A stretch of DNA of 64,000 nt from Euglena gracilis (Eukaryota), in NCBI GenBank assembly GCA_039621445.1, contig CP154954.1, forward strand, positions 30,384,395 through 30,448,394, read 5' to 3'. Below, in pieces: positions 10,978 through 23,022 of this stretch. Made by a program: the position numbers and the translations under genes. The notes below the pieces were generated by a model. The model was not told the origin of the DNA and searched no databases. It worked only from the letters and a program-made list of their open reading frames with translations. The first letter of the stretch is position 1. Each line of letters opens with the position of its first letter.

Positions 10978-12490
10978 TAAATTTATAATTTAATTTTTAG
11001 CTAATAATTCTATATTAAATATAAGGATTTTATATAACTAAAAAATATGAATCTATAAAATTGTTATTTATATATATTTTTCAACAAATATTGGATTTTT
11101 TGTTGATCAAAAAATCTGTAATATATATATAAAATAACTATTATATATAAGCGATACGCGCTCTCGCTATTGAAAACATAACGAATATCCGTTCAGGATA
11201 CCCTCATCACTACCCCAATATTCCCCACTGTTTGAAATCTCCCTTTTCTGGTTTATTTAGATATTTGATCCAGAATTTCCTACTATAACGGAATATTAAT
11301 TACTGTAAGCAAATTCTACAATTAATTCATAAATAATCTGTGATTCTGAAATAAAATAATTAAATATGAATTAATACCAGAATTTCCTACTATTTCGGAA
11401 TATTTGATCTACCTAGAAAAATCCCTATCAAACGACTAATTAATCTGAATCACAGATTATGAATAGATTAAATAGTAATCTGTTGTAGAATTTGCTTATT
11501 GAACGGAATAATCCCATCTCTAGGAAAATTTGGATCAAACGACTAATTAATCTGTGATTCATGATCTGAAATTCAGAAATAGGAATTTGATCCAGAAAAT
11601 GCTTGAATTCGACCTACGGAATCTTTCAATCAAATTCTGGTATAAATTCCTATTTAATTGATTTCTGTTTCAGATTCTGGATTATTTAGGCGGTAATTCC
11701 AGATTTTCCTTGTGATCGAGATTATGATTCACACAAGCAAATTCTGGATCAACCGCCTAAATATTCGGTTCCTAAATTTATTTATGAGTTAAAGCCGAAT
11801 TTATATTGAATTTTTCCTACGGTCGAAATCAATCAAATTTCGGATCTTTGGTCCTTAAATAGTATTTTGATCCAGTATTTGCTTGTGTCCGCTGATGTCA
11901 AATTCTACTAGGAAATTCTAGATCAAATCGCTATTTAATTCACAAATAATTAGAAATAGGGATTAAATAGTCGTTTGTTGAGAGATTTCCTTATGTCCAG
12001 GAGTTCTAGAATTTATAAGCAAATAATGGATCAAACGACTAAATAATCCACTCACAAAGAATATGAAGAGATTAAATAGCAGTTAATTGAGAATTTTCCT
12101 TGATCTCAACCTACGGAATTCTACAAGCAATTTTCTCAATTAAATACTATTTAATCCAGAATCACAGATTCTGAAATAGAAATAGGAATTTGATCTAGAA
12201 TTTCCTATCTAGAATTCTCTATAGAAAAATCTCTAACAAAATGCTATTTTTGCTTCTGTAGATTCATATTCTGGATTAAATAGTCGGTAATACCAGAATT
12301 TGCTTGTACGAATCTGAATATCGATCACAAGGAAAATCTCTAACAAATTGCTAAATAAATCCGAATCAGAATCACAGACAAGATTAAATAGTAGTTAAAG
12401 CCAGATTTTCCTTATGTCCAATCAATCAGGAATTTATAAGCAAATTCCAGAACAAACTACTATATAATCCAGAATCACAGATTCTGAATT
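10978..12490. repeat. AT-rich island: ~270-bp leader plus array of 12 ~107-bp inverted-repeat/spacer units
   Basis: Half-site consensus ~ATTAAATAG-tcgt-TTGAT-CCAG-AATTT-gCTTG alternates with its reverse complement, separated by ~21-nt segments. Absent from the mirror arm. Confidence 0.85.
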
Positions 12491-12789
12491 AAGCCGTGTT
12501 CCAGAACGCGCGGGCGTGAAGCCGTGTTCCAGAACGCCGGTTCGGGCAGCCCGAACCGGCGTTCTGGAACACGGCTTCACGCCCGAACCGGCGTTCTGGA
12601 CACAGTTGTTGAAACCGTGGATTAGGGGCTCTGGCTTCACGCCCGAACCGGCGTTCAAGGAATAACGGCCATTTTCGCCCTAAATACCCAGTTTCTGAAC
12701 ATTTTTGGGCATTTTTGGGATCCTTTGGGCTCATGGCCATGTCGATCGGCCGATTGAAGTTTTCATCCGTCTGATGCCAGGTTACCCAT

Positions 12790-13290
12790 CAATCGAAAGG
12801 TTTTTTTTCAGAATTACAATTTGGAAAAAAATTTTGGTTGGACCACCCCTAGGTTTTTTCAGATACACGGTTGGGAAATTTTGGCTGGACCCCCCCCCAG
12901 ATTTTTTCAGATTTGCAATGCCGAATTTTCGGTTGGACCCCGCTGGTTTTTTTTTTTCCAGAATTATGGTTGGGATTTGATCCCCCCTTTTTTCAGAATT
13001 CCGGTTCAGAGATTTTGGCTGGGTTTCTTCATAAACACGGTTGAAAAAAAAATTGGCTGGAGCCCCCCCAGGGTTTTTCAGAAGTATGGGTGGGAAATTT
13101 TGGCTGGACCCCCCTTGGAATTTTTCAAAATTGTTGGGAAATGTTAATTACAGTTGGGAAATTTTGGCCCCCCTGGGTGTTTTCAAAATTGGTTGGACCC
13201 TCCCCTGGGTTTTTCAGAATTATGGTTAGGAAATTTTAGCTGGACCCCTTGGGTTTTTTCAGAATTACGATTTTTGGACCCTTTTCGCAA
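12790..13290. repeat. Degenerate ~40-bp tandem repeats (TTTTTCAGAATTACGGTTGGGAAATTTTGGCTGGACCCCCC)
   Basis: About a dozen diverged units; mirror at ~19850-20340. Confidence 0.75.
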
Positions 13291-13563
13291 TTTCCAAAAT
13301 CCACTGTTCACCTGCCATGTTGCCCCTTGATCGATAACCCTTCTCAAGGGTTTTAGATGGCCTTAGATTTCAGCCCTGCTGCATGGTATTCTATTTCAGA
13401 AAATCCCCAGATTTGGCCAAATGGAAATTGTTGCACAAAATACCCCAATTTCTGGCCAAATACCCCCCCAAAAAGTGCTCAGATATGATTGCCTCATGTC
13501 TACAAACCATTTTGGACACTTTTTGGCACTTTTCATTTTCGGTCCCCAGGACGCCGTTTTCCC

Positions 13564-13641
13564 GCCCGAACCGGCGTTCTGGACACCGGTTCGGCGCAGA
13601 AATTTCTGCGCCGAACCGGCGTCCAGAACGCCGGTTCGGGC
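13564..13641. repeat. 78-bp near-perfect palindrome centred on GAAATTTC
   Basis: GCCCGAACCGGCGTTCTGGAC...GTCCAGAACGCCGGTTCGGGC with one mismatch. Same building block as the palindromes at ~12511-12610 and 20530-20651. Confidence 0.9.
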
Positions 13642-14532
13642 ATGAAGCCAGAGCCCCAATACACGGTTTCAAACGGTCGTCAAGTGGCATCCCCCCAAGC
13701 CAAAAAACGCGCAAAAGGTTAGCCGCGTTTCGCGGTTACCTATTAGCCGTTTCGGCTTAGCTGAGGTGTGAAAATGCACACTGTGGGAAAAGGGCCTTGG
13801 CAGGTTTCCTGACAAAGTGTCCCATACACCCACTTTGGGTGTGCCAAAGGCACGCGGGGTTGGTCAAGCGTATTCGCTGAAAACCCGAGGGGAGAGGGGT
13901 GGAAGGGGGGGGGCAGGCTCCTATCCTGGTCATACCCGGATAGGGCTCCTAGGCGGTCATATCCGCACTAGGAAACAAAAGCCTACTTACAAAACCGACT
14001 GCCGGCGACAGCTTTGGGGGAAAGGAGGGAGGAGAGGGGGGGCTGGATTAGGCCAGAACAGAATTTTTGCTGTCTGGCAGCCTTAAGGGGCCTTAGGGCC
14101 GAAAAGTGACAACTTGGCCTATTATTACGGCGTGCGCGCTGTGTGCTGTGTGTCACTTAGCGGCTTGCCAGGTTTCCCGGCTGCCAAGGCCTTCACAGCA
14201 GTAGCTCCTTCACGACGTGATAAGAGGCGCTTACCTCATGCAGACGGATTCCGTCCGTACGGCCATTGGTATAGGGGGCGGCGGGTGGGGAGGGCTCTTG
14301 GATGTTTCCATCCAGAGCGCAGAGTGTGTGACACAGACCCAGGTTCATCCCAGGGCTGTTTAGCGATTTCCGCTACCAGTGTATTGTGTATGAGTCTCCT
14401 GTGCTGTCCAGGCTCCATGAAGGCGCTTACCTTACATGGGCCTGGTAATGCCGTTTCGGCATTACATCCTTTCCAAACGCCAATAATCATATGGCCTTCT
14501 AAAAAGAAAAATCTCCGCCGCCCGGCGGTCGA

Positions 14533-17500
14533 CCGGGGCCCAACACCAATCGGGACTCCGCCAAAAAGACACGCCAGAGTCGGGAGTCACAAGCCCCCAC
14601 ACCTTCTATACCCCACACAGGTCTGTCTCAGGAAATGGCGTTGGTCTCCCTGTCCCCCGCACCATCCTCCCCAGCAGCAACGACGCTGCAACCCGGCCTG
14701 CCGTCCGACCTTGGTCCGGGGTTTTCCTTTGCTTCCCATGACACCTGCCCCTTTGCAGATTGCCCACGCTCGCGGACAACCATGACCCGCTCTCAGGTCC
14801 TATATCGTGTCTCTCAACACGTCGCCGCCGGACGATCACCCACCCCCGAATTTTTGCGAGCTACTGCGACCACGACTTGCGCCGTCTGTCGGACCTTGCT
14901 ACGGGCAAGAGAACGTTGCCAATGCCCCCACCAGGGTGCCTCGGCCGTCCACGCTTCTTCACACCCCTCCGTCCCACTCCCCTCTTCACCGCACCAACCC
15001 CTCGGGAATGGCACTCCTCTGTCTCTCCCGTGCCCAGATATGCAGCCCGATCTGCAGGTGGTTCTCTCCACCAACTGCCCCACTCTTCGCCGTCTCCCAC
15101 TGCCAAGTCGTCACGCCATTTGTGACGCCCTTGCATCCTCCATTCAGACCTTTCTCCAGGCCCAAACCTGGGAAGCTCTACACCGCCTGTTCATTTTTCC
15201 GAAACTCGTTCTTGGTGCCCCTCCCAAAACCTCGTCTTCCCATCAACACACATTGCATTGCCTCCTGGAAAAGAGACTGGCACAGTGGCACGCAGGAGAG
15301 TTTGCCGCTCTGTTTGATCCGCTTCGCTCTGACAGACGGCGAAAGCGGCCCACCACCCGCGCCAACCCCTCTGGCTCTACTTCTGACTCTGTGGCACGTG
15401 GTCTTATGGACCGGGTGCGCGGACTCGTTGAAGAAGGGGCCCTCGGCAAGGCCGTGGACGCTCTCACCTCTTTGCCCCTGGCATCGCCCGGGGATCCAGC
15501 AGTGATGCAGAAGCTCCTTTCGCTCCATCCACATGGGTCTCCATTACGAGCCAGTTTGCCGCTGCCTGGGGCAGGCAATTCTCCACAAACTACTGACTTC
15601 AACTGGTCTTCAATTGTGCAAGAAGTTGCAGCCTCTTTCCCCCGTGGCAGCGCCCCCGGCCAATCTGGTCTCCGTCCACAACACCTTCGGGACTTGTTGG
15701 ACCGTGAGGCCGGGACAGGCCCGCTACACACAGCCTTGGGGTCCCTGGCTCAGAAGGCCTGGGAGGGCTCTTTGCCAGCAAAAGCCTCGATCATTTTTGG
15801 TACGTCAAACCTGATCCCACTTACCAAAAAGGATGGCGGTCTACGGCCGATCGCCGTGGGGGATTGCCTGCGGCGCTTCATTGGGAAAATGCTGTTGCGA
15901 CACACGCAGTGCAAAGCGGAAACGTCTCAGCTGTTCCCGCAGCAATTGGGAGTGGGGGTGCGCTACGGTGCGGAGACAGTCGGGTTGGCGGTACAGGCCG
16001 CACTGGCGTCTCTGCCAGTGGATGGCGATTGGGTCGTTTTCCAGGCCGACGTTTCCAACGCCTTCAACACCATTGATCGATCCGCGTTCCTGCAGGCATC
16101 CCTGGACCTCTGCCCGTCCCTTTACAACTGGCTCCGATTCTCCTACGGAGAAGACGTCCCACTTCTTTGCCAGGGTGACGTGCTGTGTCACAGCAGGACC
16201 GGTGTCCATCAAGGGGACACATGTGGGCCCATTGCCTTTGCCTTGGGTCTCCATCAGGCCCTGCAACAGGCTTCGGCCAATTTGCCCAACACGGTGTGGC
16301 AGGCATGGTACTTGGACGACGGTACTGTCATCGGCCCTGCCGTTGATGTTCTGCCTTTCACGGCTTCTCTGGCCACGGCACTTGGCAGCGTTGGGCTCCA
16401 CCTCAACCCCTCCAAGTGTGCCTTATGGGGACCAGGTGTACCCTGTGCCACTCCGAAACCCCCGGCTCTTCAGATCCTGCCTCCCGACCACCTTGCACAA
16501 AACTTCCCGGTCACCCCATGGGGACCGGGCAGTGGCATCCTGTGCCTAGGGGTACCTTGCGACTATCCTGGTGACTGCACCTTTTCTGACACCACGTGGG
16601 CCAAGGCATCCGAAAAATTTCAAGCTACCATCTCGCGCCTCCAACAACTGCCGGATCCCCAACTCCAACATTGTTTGCTGCGCAACTGTCTGGATGGCTG
16701 CCGCGTCACGCACCTTCTGCGTCAGACAAACATTTCCTCCGGGACGCACAGTGTGCAAGTGATCTCCGACTCCATCCGGAGTGCTGCCTGTGACATTGTG
16801 GGGGCACCCCTGTCTACCTTGCATTGGAAACAAATCACCTTGCCGTGCAATAAGACAGGGTGGGGCATCACAGACCCCCAGTTGGAAAGACCAGCTGCCC
16901 GTTTGGCTGCTTGCGTGGGTTTTTCCCAACGAGCGCCCGGCTTCAATATCCCTCCGCCCTGGCGCATGCTCCCGCTACCAGATACCATCCCCGTCGCCAA
17001 ACTGGCTCGTGACACCTTGGGCCCGCACAGCGAACCATTGGCTTCCTGGATCGCCAACCCTTCTTCCTTGGCCTGTTCCACCCCAGATCACTCCACTCAA
17101 TCGTGGTGGGCCGAACGTTTCCACGCCGTTCGCGTGGCAACTTTGGAGGACGGTGCACCTCTTCGGGACATTGCCAGGCTTCGTTGCCAGTCCTCTGCCT
17201 TCCTTCAAAATTGGATGACCGTCTTACCATCCAGGTCGGTGAATACCGTCCTAGCTCCGGACGAATACAGACTGCTTCTACGCTTCTGGACTGGCTTACC
17301 CCTGATCCCAACAACGGACATGCTTCTGTGCCCCCTGTGTGCTGAGGCAGTCGATCCATTTGGCGATCACCTCCTGGCTTGCAGAAGGAATGGCATAACA
17401 GAAAGGCACAACTGTGTTCGTGACGCCATTTTTGACCTGTGCCAACGCGCAGGCATCACTCTTCGCAAAGAACAGGGATGCGAGGGTGGCACCCGTGACG

Positions 17501-18114
17501 CTGATCTCCTCCTCCTGGGGTGGAACAAAGGGAAGCATCTCGCTGTTTGATGTCACCATTGAACACCCGCTGGCCCCATCACGGTGGCCTCTGAACTTGA
17601 CCCGAGTTCAGCGTACTCTACCAGACGCTGAAATGCACAAGAGAACACAAGCTGAAGAACGGTGCGCCCGCCACCAGTGGGAGTACATTGGGGCTGCATT
17701 TAACCCCTGGGGGTGCACATGACCGGCAGCCTCCAAACTCCTACGCGATGTCCTACGCCTCGCGACCAATTCATATTCTGGAACAGCCAAACAACGAAAA
17801 TTTCAGGAATTGACCGAAAACTTGGCCATCACACTGGCCCGTGCAGTTGCACGGCAGCTGCGGTTGGCCGAAAGAGCCACAGATCGTATGATCCTGAACT
17901 CGTAAGGTGAAAATGCTCCCCGTTGCACCAGCCTTCCGGAGCCACAAAGCCGGAGAACACCGCGCATGCACACTTCACACCTCTCCACCCATCACTCTCT
18001 GCTTGGGCTTTGCCCTTGCTCTCACCGCTCGACCCACACTCCTTCGTTGTATATAGCCTCGCACCCTCGAACACTCAAAATCCAGTAGGCTGTGCCACTG
18101 GTCGGTGGATTCGG
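14533..18114 (+). mobile_element. CRE-like non-LTR retrotransposon family 2, near-complete, in IR1 spacer
   Basis: 971-aa ORF 14635-17550: N-terminal Cys/His cluster, RPIAVG, DVSNAFN, QGDTCGP, YLDD, CPLC..DHLLAC, RHN, RDADLL. Frameshifts at ~17548 (DVTIEHP) and ~17720. Family-B tail at 18087-18114. Confidence 0.92.
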
Positions 18115-20529
18115 GGGGGGGGGCAGTTGCCCAAGGCTTTCCCCGCGGGCACCTCTCGCCGAGGGGTGGGGGGCAATCTTCTCCCCAAGGCCTTCCCCTC
18201 GGGGGGGGGGGTGATTTTCATCTATCACCGAAAGGATTTTTGGTGATAATGGACCCTCCATTCCCTTCACGGTTGGGAATACCGTGGGGGGGGGGGTGGG
18301 GCTGGTTTTTATCCACTCAAAAAAAAGATTTTTTTGAGTGGTGTTGGACCCCCATTTCCTTTCACGGTGGTGAGAACCGTGGGGGGGGGGGAGGTGGGCT
18401 CGGTGTGGTTGGAATAGAATATATGGCCTAATAGATTCCTCCACACCGTTCCGCCACTTATGCACGATCTCGAACAATGTCATCGCAATTGCGTTGCAAA
18501 AATTCAAAGTGTTTTTCATTCCCATACCAAGGAAAGCGAGAAGGAGGGGGGGGTGAAACCCCCGACTTTCGTCGCAAGGGGGGGAGTGACAACCGTTTGA
18601 GGTCGACCGCCGGGCGGCGGAGATTTTTCTTTTTAGAAGGCCATATGATTATTGGCGGTTGGAAAGGATGTAATGCCGAAACGGCATTACCAGGCCCATG
18701 TAAGGTAAGCGCCTTCATGGAGCCTGGACAGCACAGGAGACTCATACACAATACACTGGTAGCGGAAATCGCTAAACAGCCCTGGGATGAACCTGGGTCT
18801 GTGTCACACACTCTGCGCTCTGGATGGAAACATCCAAGAGCCCTCCCCACCCGCCACCCCCTATACCAATGGCCGTGCGGACGGAATCCGTCTGCATGAG
18901 GTAAGCGCCTCTTATCACGTCGTGAAGGAGCTACTGCTGTGAAGGCCTTGGCAGCCGGGAAACCTGGCAAGCCGCTAAGTGACACACAGCACACAGCGCG
19001 CACGCCGTAATAATAGGCCAAGTTGTCACTTTTCGGCCCTAAGGCCCCTTAAGGCTGCCAGACAGCAAAAATTCTGTTCTGGCCTAATCCAGCCCCCCCT
19101 CTCCTCCCTCCTTTCCCCCAAAGCTGTCGCCGGCAGTCGGTTTTGTAAGTAGGCTTTTGTTTCCTAGTGCGGATATGACCGCCTAGGAGCCCTATCCGGG
19201 TATGACCAGGATAGGAGCCTGCCCCCCCCCCTTCCACCCCTCTCCCCTCGGGTTTTCAGCGAATACGCTTGACCAACCCCGCGTGCCTTTGGCACACCCA
19301 AAGTGGGTGTATGGGACACTTTGTCAGGAAACCTGCCAAGGCCCTTTTCCCACAGTGTGCATTTTCACACCTCACCTAAGCCGAAACGGCTAATAGGTAA
19401 CCGCGAAACGCGGCTAACCTTTTGCGCGTTTTTTGGCTTGGGTGGATGCCACTTGACGACCGTTTGAAACCGTGTATTGGGGCTCTGGCTTCATGCCCGA
19501 ACCGGCGTTCTGGACGCCGGTTCGGCGCAGAAATTTCTGCGCCGAACCGGTGTCCAGAACGCCGGTTCGGGCGGGAAAACGGCGTCCTGGGGACCGAAAA
19601 TGAAAAGTGCCAAAAAGTGTCCAAAATGGTTTGTAGACATGAGGCAATCATATCTGAGCACTTTTTGGGGGGGTATTTGGCCAGAAATTGGGGTATTTTG
19701 TGCAACAATTTCCATTTGGCCAAATCTGGGGATTTTCTGAAATAGAATACCATGCAGCAGGGCTGAAATCTAAGGCCATCTAAAACCCTTGAGAAGGGTT
19801 ATCGATCAAGGGGCAACATGGCAGGTGAACAGTGGATTTTGGAAATTGCGAAAAGGGTCCAAAAATCGTAATTCTGAAAAAACCCAAGGGGTCCAGCTAA
19901 AATTTCCTAACCATAATTCTGAAAAACCCAGGGGAGGGTCCAACCAATTTTGAAAACACCCAGGGGGGCCAAAATTTCCCAACTGTAATTAACATTTCCC
20001 AACAATTTTGAAAAATTCCAAGGGGGGGTCCAGCCAAAATTTCCCAACCATACTTCTGAAAAACCCTGGGGGGGCTCCAGCCAATTTTTTTTTCAACCGT
20101 GTTTGTGAAGAAACCCAGCCAAAATCTCTGAACCGGAATTCTGAAAAAAGGGGGGATCAAATCCCAACCATAATTCTGGAAAAAAAAAACCAGCGGGGTC
20201 CAACCGAAAATTCGGCATTGCAAATCTGAAAAAATCTGGGGGGGGGTCCAGCCAAAATTTCCCAACCGTGATTCTGAAAAAACCTAGGGGTGGTCCAACC
20301 AAAAATTTTTTCCAAATTGTAATTCTGAAAAAAAAACCTTTCGATTGATGGGTAACCTGGCATCAGACGGATGAAAACTTCAATCGGCCGATCGACATGG
20401 CCATGAGCCCAAAGGATCCCAAAAATGCCCAAAAATGTTCAGAAACTGGGTATTTAGGGCGAAATTGGCCTTTATTCCTAAAACGCCGGTTCGGGCGTGA
20501 AGCCAGAGCCCCTAATCCACGGTTTCAAC

Positions 20530-20651
20530 AACTGTGTCCAGAACGCCGGTTCGGGCGTGAAGCCGTGTTCCAGAACGCCGGTTCGGGCGGCCGCCCGAAC
20601 CGGCGTTCTGGAACACGGCTTCACGCCCGAACCGGCGTTCTGGACACAGTT
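20530..20651. repeat. Perfect 122-bp palindrome (empty site of the AT-rich island)
   Basis: 61-bp arms with no loop, centred on GCGG|CCGC at 20590/20591. Confidence 0.92.
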
Positions 20652-22467
20652 TTCGTATCAGAGGCCGGGCGGCGAAGATTTTTCTTTTTAGAAGGCCGTT
20701 TTAAGGGCGGTTTAGCTCTAATTTTAAGGCTTTCTAAAGATTTCCATTAAAATTCCCTCTCCTAGGGCGCCCATGGTTTGGGTGTGCAAGGAGAGAGAGA
20801 TTGAGTGATGCTCGGTATTCCCAAAGGGTGATTTTGGGTCTATTTAGCATGTTTTTAAGCTTTTTCTGCATTTTTCCTTTGGTTTTAAGGGAAAATGTTG
20901 TATTTGGTGAGCGCTTGCAAGCGCTTGGAACAGTTTTTTCTGAGATTGGCGCTTGAGTTTGCAGGGGTTTGCAAAACTCAATAATGATGGAATTCAGCAT
21001 AATTTATCAAAATCAAACGGGGAAACCTTGATTTTGACCTGGGTTGGTTGATTTTGATGCAATGGGGTTTTTCTTCCACCCACGGTGGGTAGCACAGCTT
21101 CACCCGAACCGTGCCCCGGGCCCAGGGAAACGTCTCTTTTGGCCCTCGCCACAATGGGCAAGCATTTGGGTTTTGAGGAGGTTGTCTCCATTTCACTTTC
21201 TCGCCTGTGGAGCTACACTCCGCCAGGGGGCATTAGCCCTAGGGTTCGAGGCACTCGAAGTCCTCCATCCCTTGCCACATCTCCTGATGCTTGGCGATGG
21301 CGTGCTTGATAGGGGTTGCTTGTCCTTGGTGTCACTGCTCGGCCGAAGCCGCAATGGTTTAATCGTGACACGTCGGGTAGGCAACCGCCGGTGAACCGAT
21401 GGTTCACCGGCCCTTACCCATCAGGCACGCCAGGGTCGAGCCTCTGGTTGCTGATTTCCACCACGGCGCCATCGGAACTTCCCGCCGTACGGCGGCCATT
21501 CCTTACCCCGCCTGGCAGCGCCGTATGCCATGGCTGGTTCAAGTCCCGTGCACTCCCGGCTCGGAGTTTAGCTCATCGGGACTCGAACCCGCGCGTCCAG
21601 AAGATGGTACCGATCGAAGCCGGCCCTCTGTCCGCTGGACTAACGCAGGAGATTTGAGGGCGCTTAGGAATCAGCGCACTCAATCCTAAATTTAACTGCC
21701 CATCAAGGGAGAATTCGTAGAAATTGAGCATTTCCTAATCCGCGCTGCCTCAACCAACCCTCATGCCCTGAATAGTTTATGCCTTGAATTGTTTGTTTTG
21801 CTTGACATCATCTGAGTTTTCTATTGAATTCAAACTACAGATCTCTGACCTACCGCCTCCAGTCCACTCCGTCAATTCCGCCCCTACCCCTACCTCACCT
21901 ACCCCCTTCCCCCTTCGCCCCTACCCCAACTTCCAAGGCCAGGGGGACGCCCCTGTGCCTCCCATGTGTCAAGAGGCGCCCCATCCCGCCCGCCGCCCAG
22001 GGCCCCCTGAGGGGGACGCCCCCATTCCGAGATGCGCCCAACCTGTGAGCAGCAAAGGCAATGACCTGGGGGTGATGCCGCCAAGGCCGCCGCCCCCAGC
22101 GAGCCTGGGCGAGTCTCCCTGCTCCTCCCCCCGGAGGGCGGCCCCATCCCTCCAACGCCCCCGCAGCACCAGCAGGCTGGCCCACACGTCAGCGGCGTTT
22201 GCGCTGGGCTATGATCCGCGGGAGACGCCACCAAGGATCTCTCCCTCGGTGAGCCCGGGCGGGCCTGTCCCTCCCCTTGGTGCTGCCGCAGTCTCCACTG
22301 CCGGCCTATCCTCCACCCCTTTCCCAAGATGCGCCCAACCTGTGAGGACGAGCTGCCAACCCGCCCCATCGGCTGCTCCCCTTTCCAGCCCCGTCCCAAC
22401 GTTCCATCCTCACATCCACAGCTGCAGCTTCGTGTGTCAATTGTCACCATTTTACTACCAAGGGTCT

Positions 22468-22518
22468 TGGACACGTGACCTTTGTGAGGATGGAGATGTC
22501 GAGCCAAATCCAGGCCCA
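22468..22518 (+). other. 2A/StopGo motif WTRDLCEDGDVEPNPG|P
   Basis: Canonical consensus, in frame with the downstream ZnF-RT. Confidence 0.88.
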
Positions 22519-22597
22519 ACTTCACCTCCAGATCCCGGGGCGGCTTTCTTGGCAATGAATCAAACGGCTGCTGTCATCAACCTGGCTCCTCTCCCAC

Positions 22598-23022
22598 CAT
22601 AGCTGGCACTTCGTTTAAAACGAAGTCAAAAAAAAACACGTTTTTTTATATAAAAAAAACATGTTTTTTTAAAAAAAAACAAAAAAACGCCATTGAGGGT
22701 CCAGGGCAAAAAAAATTTTTTGCCTTTAATTTTAGCTTTTTTGCCCATCCTCGGTCAGAGAAAGACACCAAATTTGGGATGTTTCAAGTTGAAACATCCC
22801 AAAATGGCAGAAAAATGCCCTATTTTGACCATTCTTGTTGAAGACAACCAAAAGTATTGGTTTTCAAGTCATTTGAGCTAAGATTGGTTCACCCTTGCGA
22901 TCAAAGGCAAAATTTGGACCATCATTTTCCCCTTTGTTTTTTTTGCCGTTTTTTTTGCCCGTTTTTTTTAATAAAAAAAAAACGTTTTTTTTAAAAAAAA
23001 ACTAAAAAAAACGCCAGCTATG
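22598..23022. mobile_element. hAT-like MITE (mirror of 8547-8969)
   Basis: TIR CATAGCTGGC/GCCAGCTATG; TSD TCTCCCAC at 22590-22597 and 23023-23030. Confidence 0.85.

Larger units (their letters stand above)
1..14534. repeat. Left arm of giant inverted duplication IR1 (runs off window start)
   Basis: Reverse complement of 18601-32636 (1<->~32636, 2450<->29051, 3561<->28010, 8965<->22602, 14534<->18601). Differences are scattered substitutions and arm-specific indels; the ORF track shows mirrored proteins. Confidence 0.95.

Noticed and set aside
11252-12470. AT array as a CRISPR array
   Set aside because: Repeats alternate in orientation and are degenerate, spacers share words with each other, no cas genes are present, and the host is eukaryotic.
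11260-12470. AT array as a protein gene in an alternative genetic code (PEFPTITEY/PEFPTISEY)
   Set aside because: Unit lengths are not consistently multiples of three, and all three stop codons occur.
14635-17550. RTs as bacterial retron, group II intron or DGR systems
   Set aside because: The domain order ZnF-RT(YLDD)-CCHC-RHN-PD..D..K, 5' truncations and variable TSDs indicate eukaryotic non-LTR elements.
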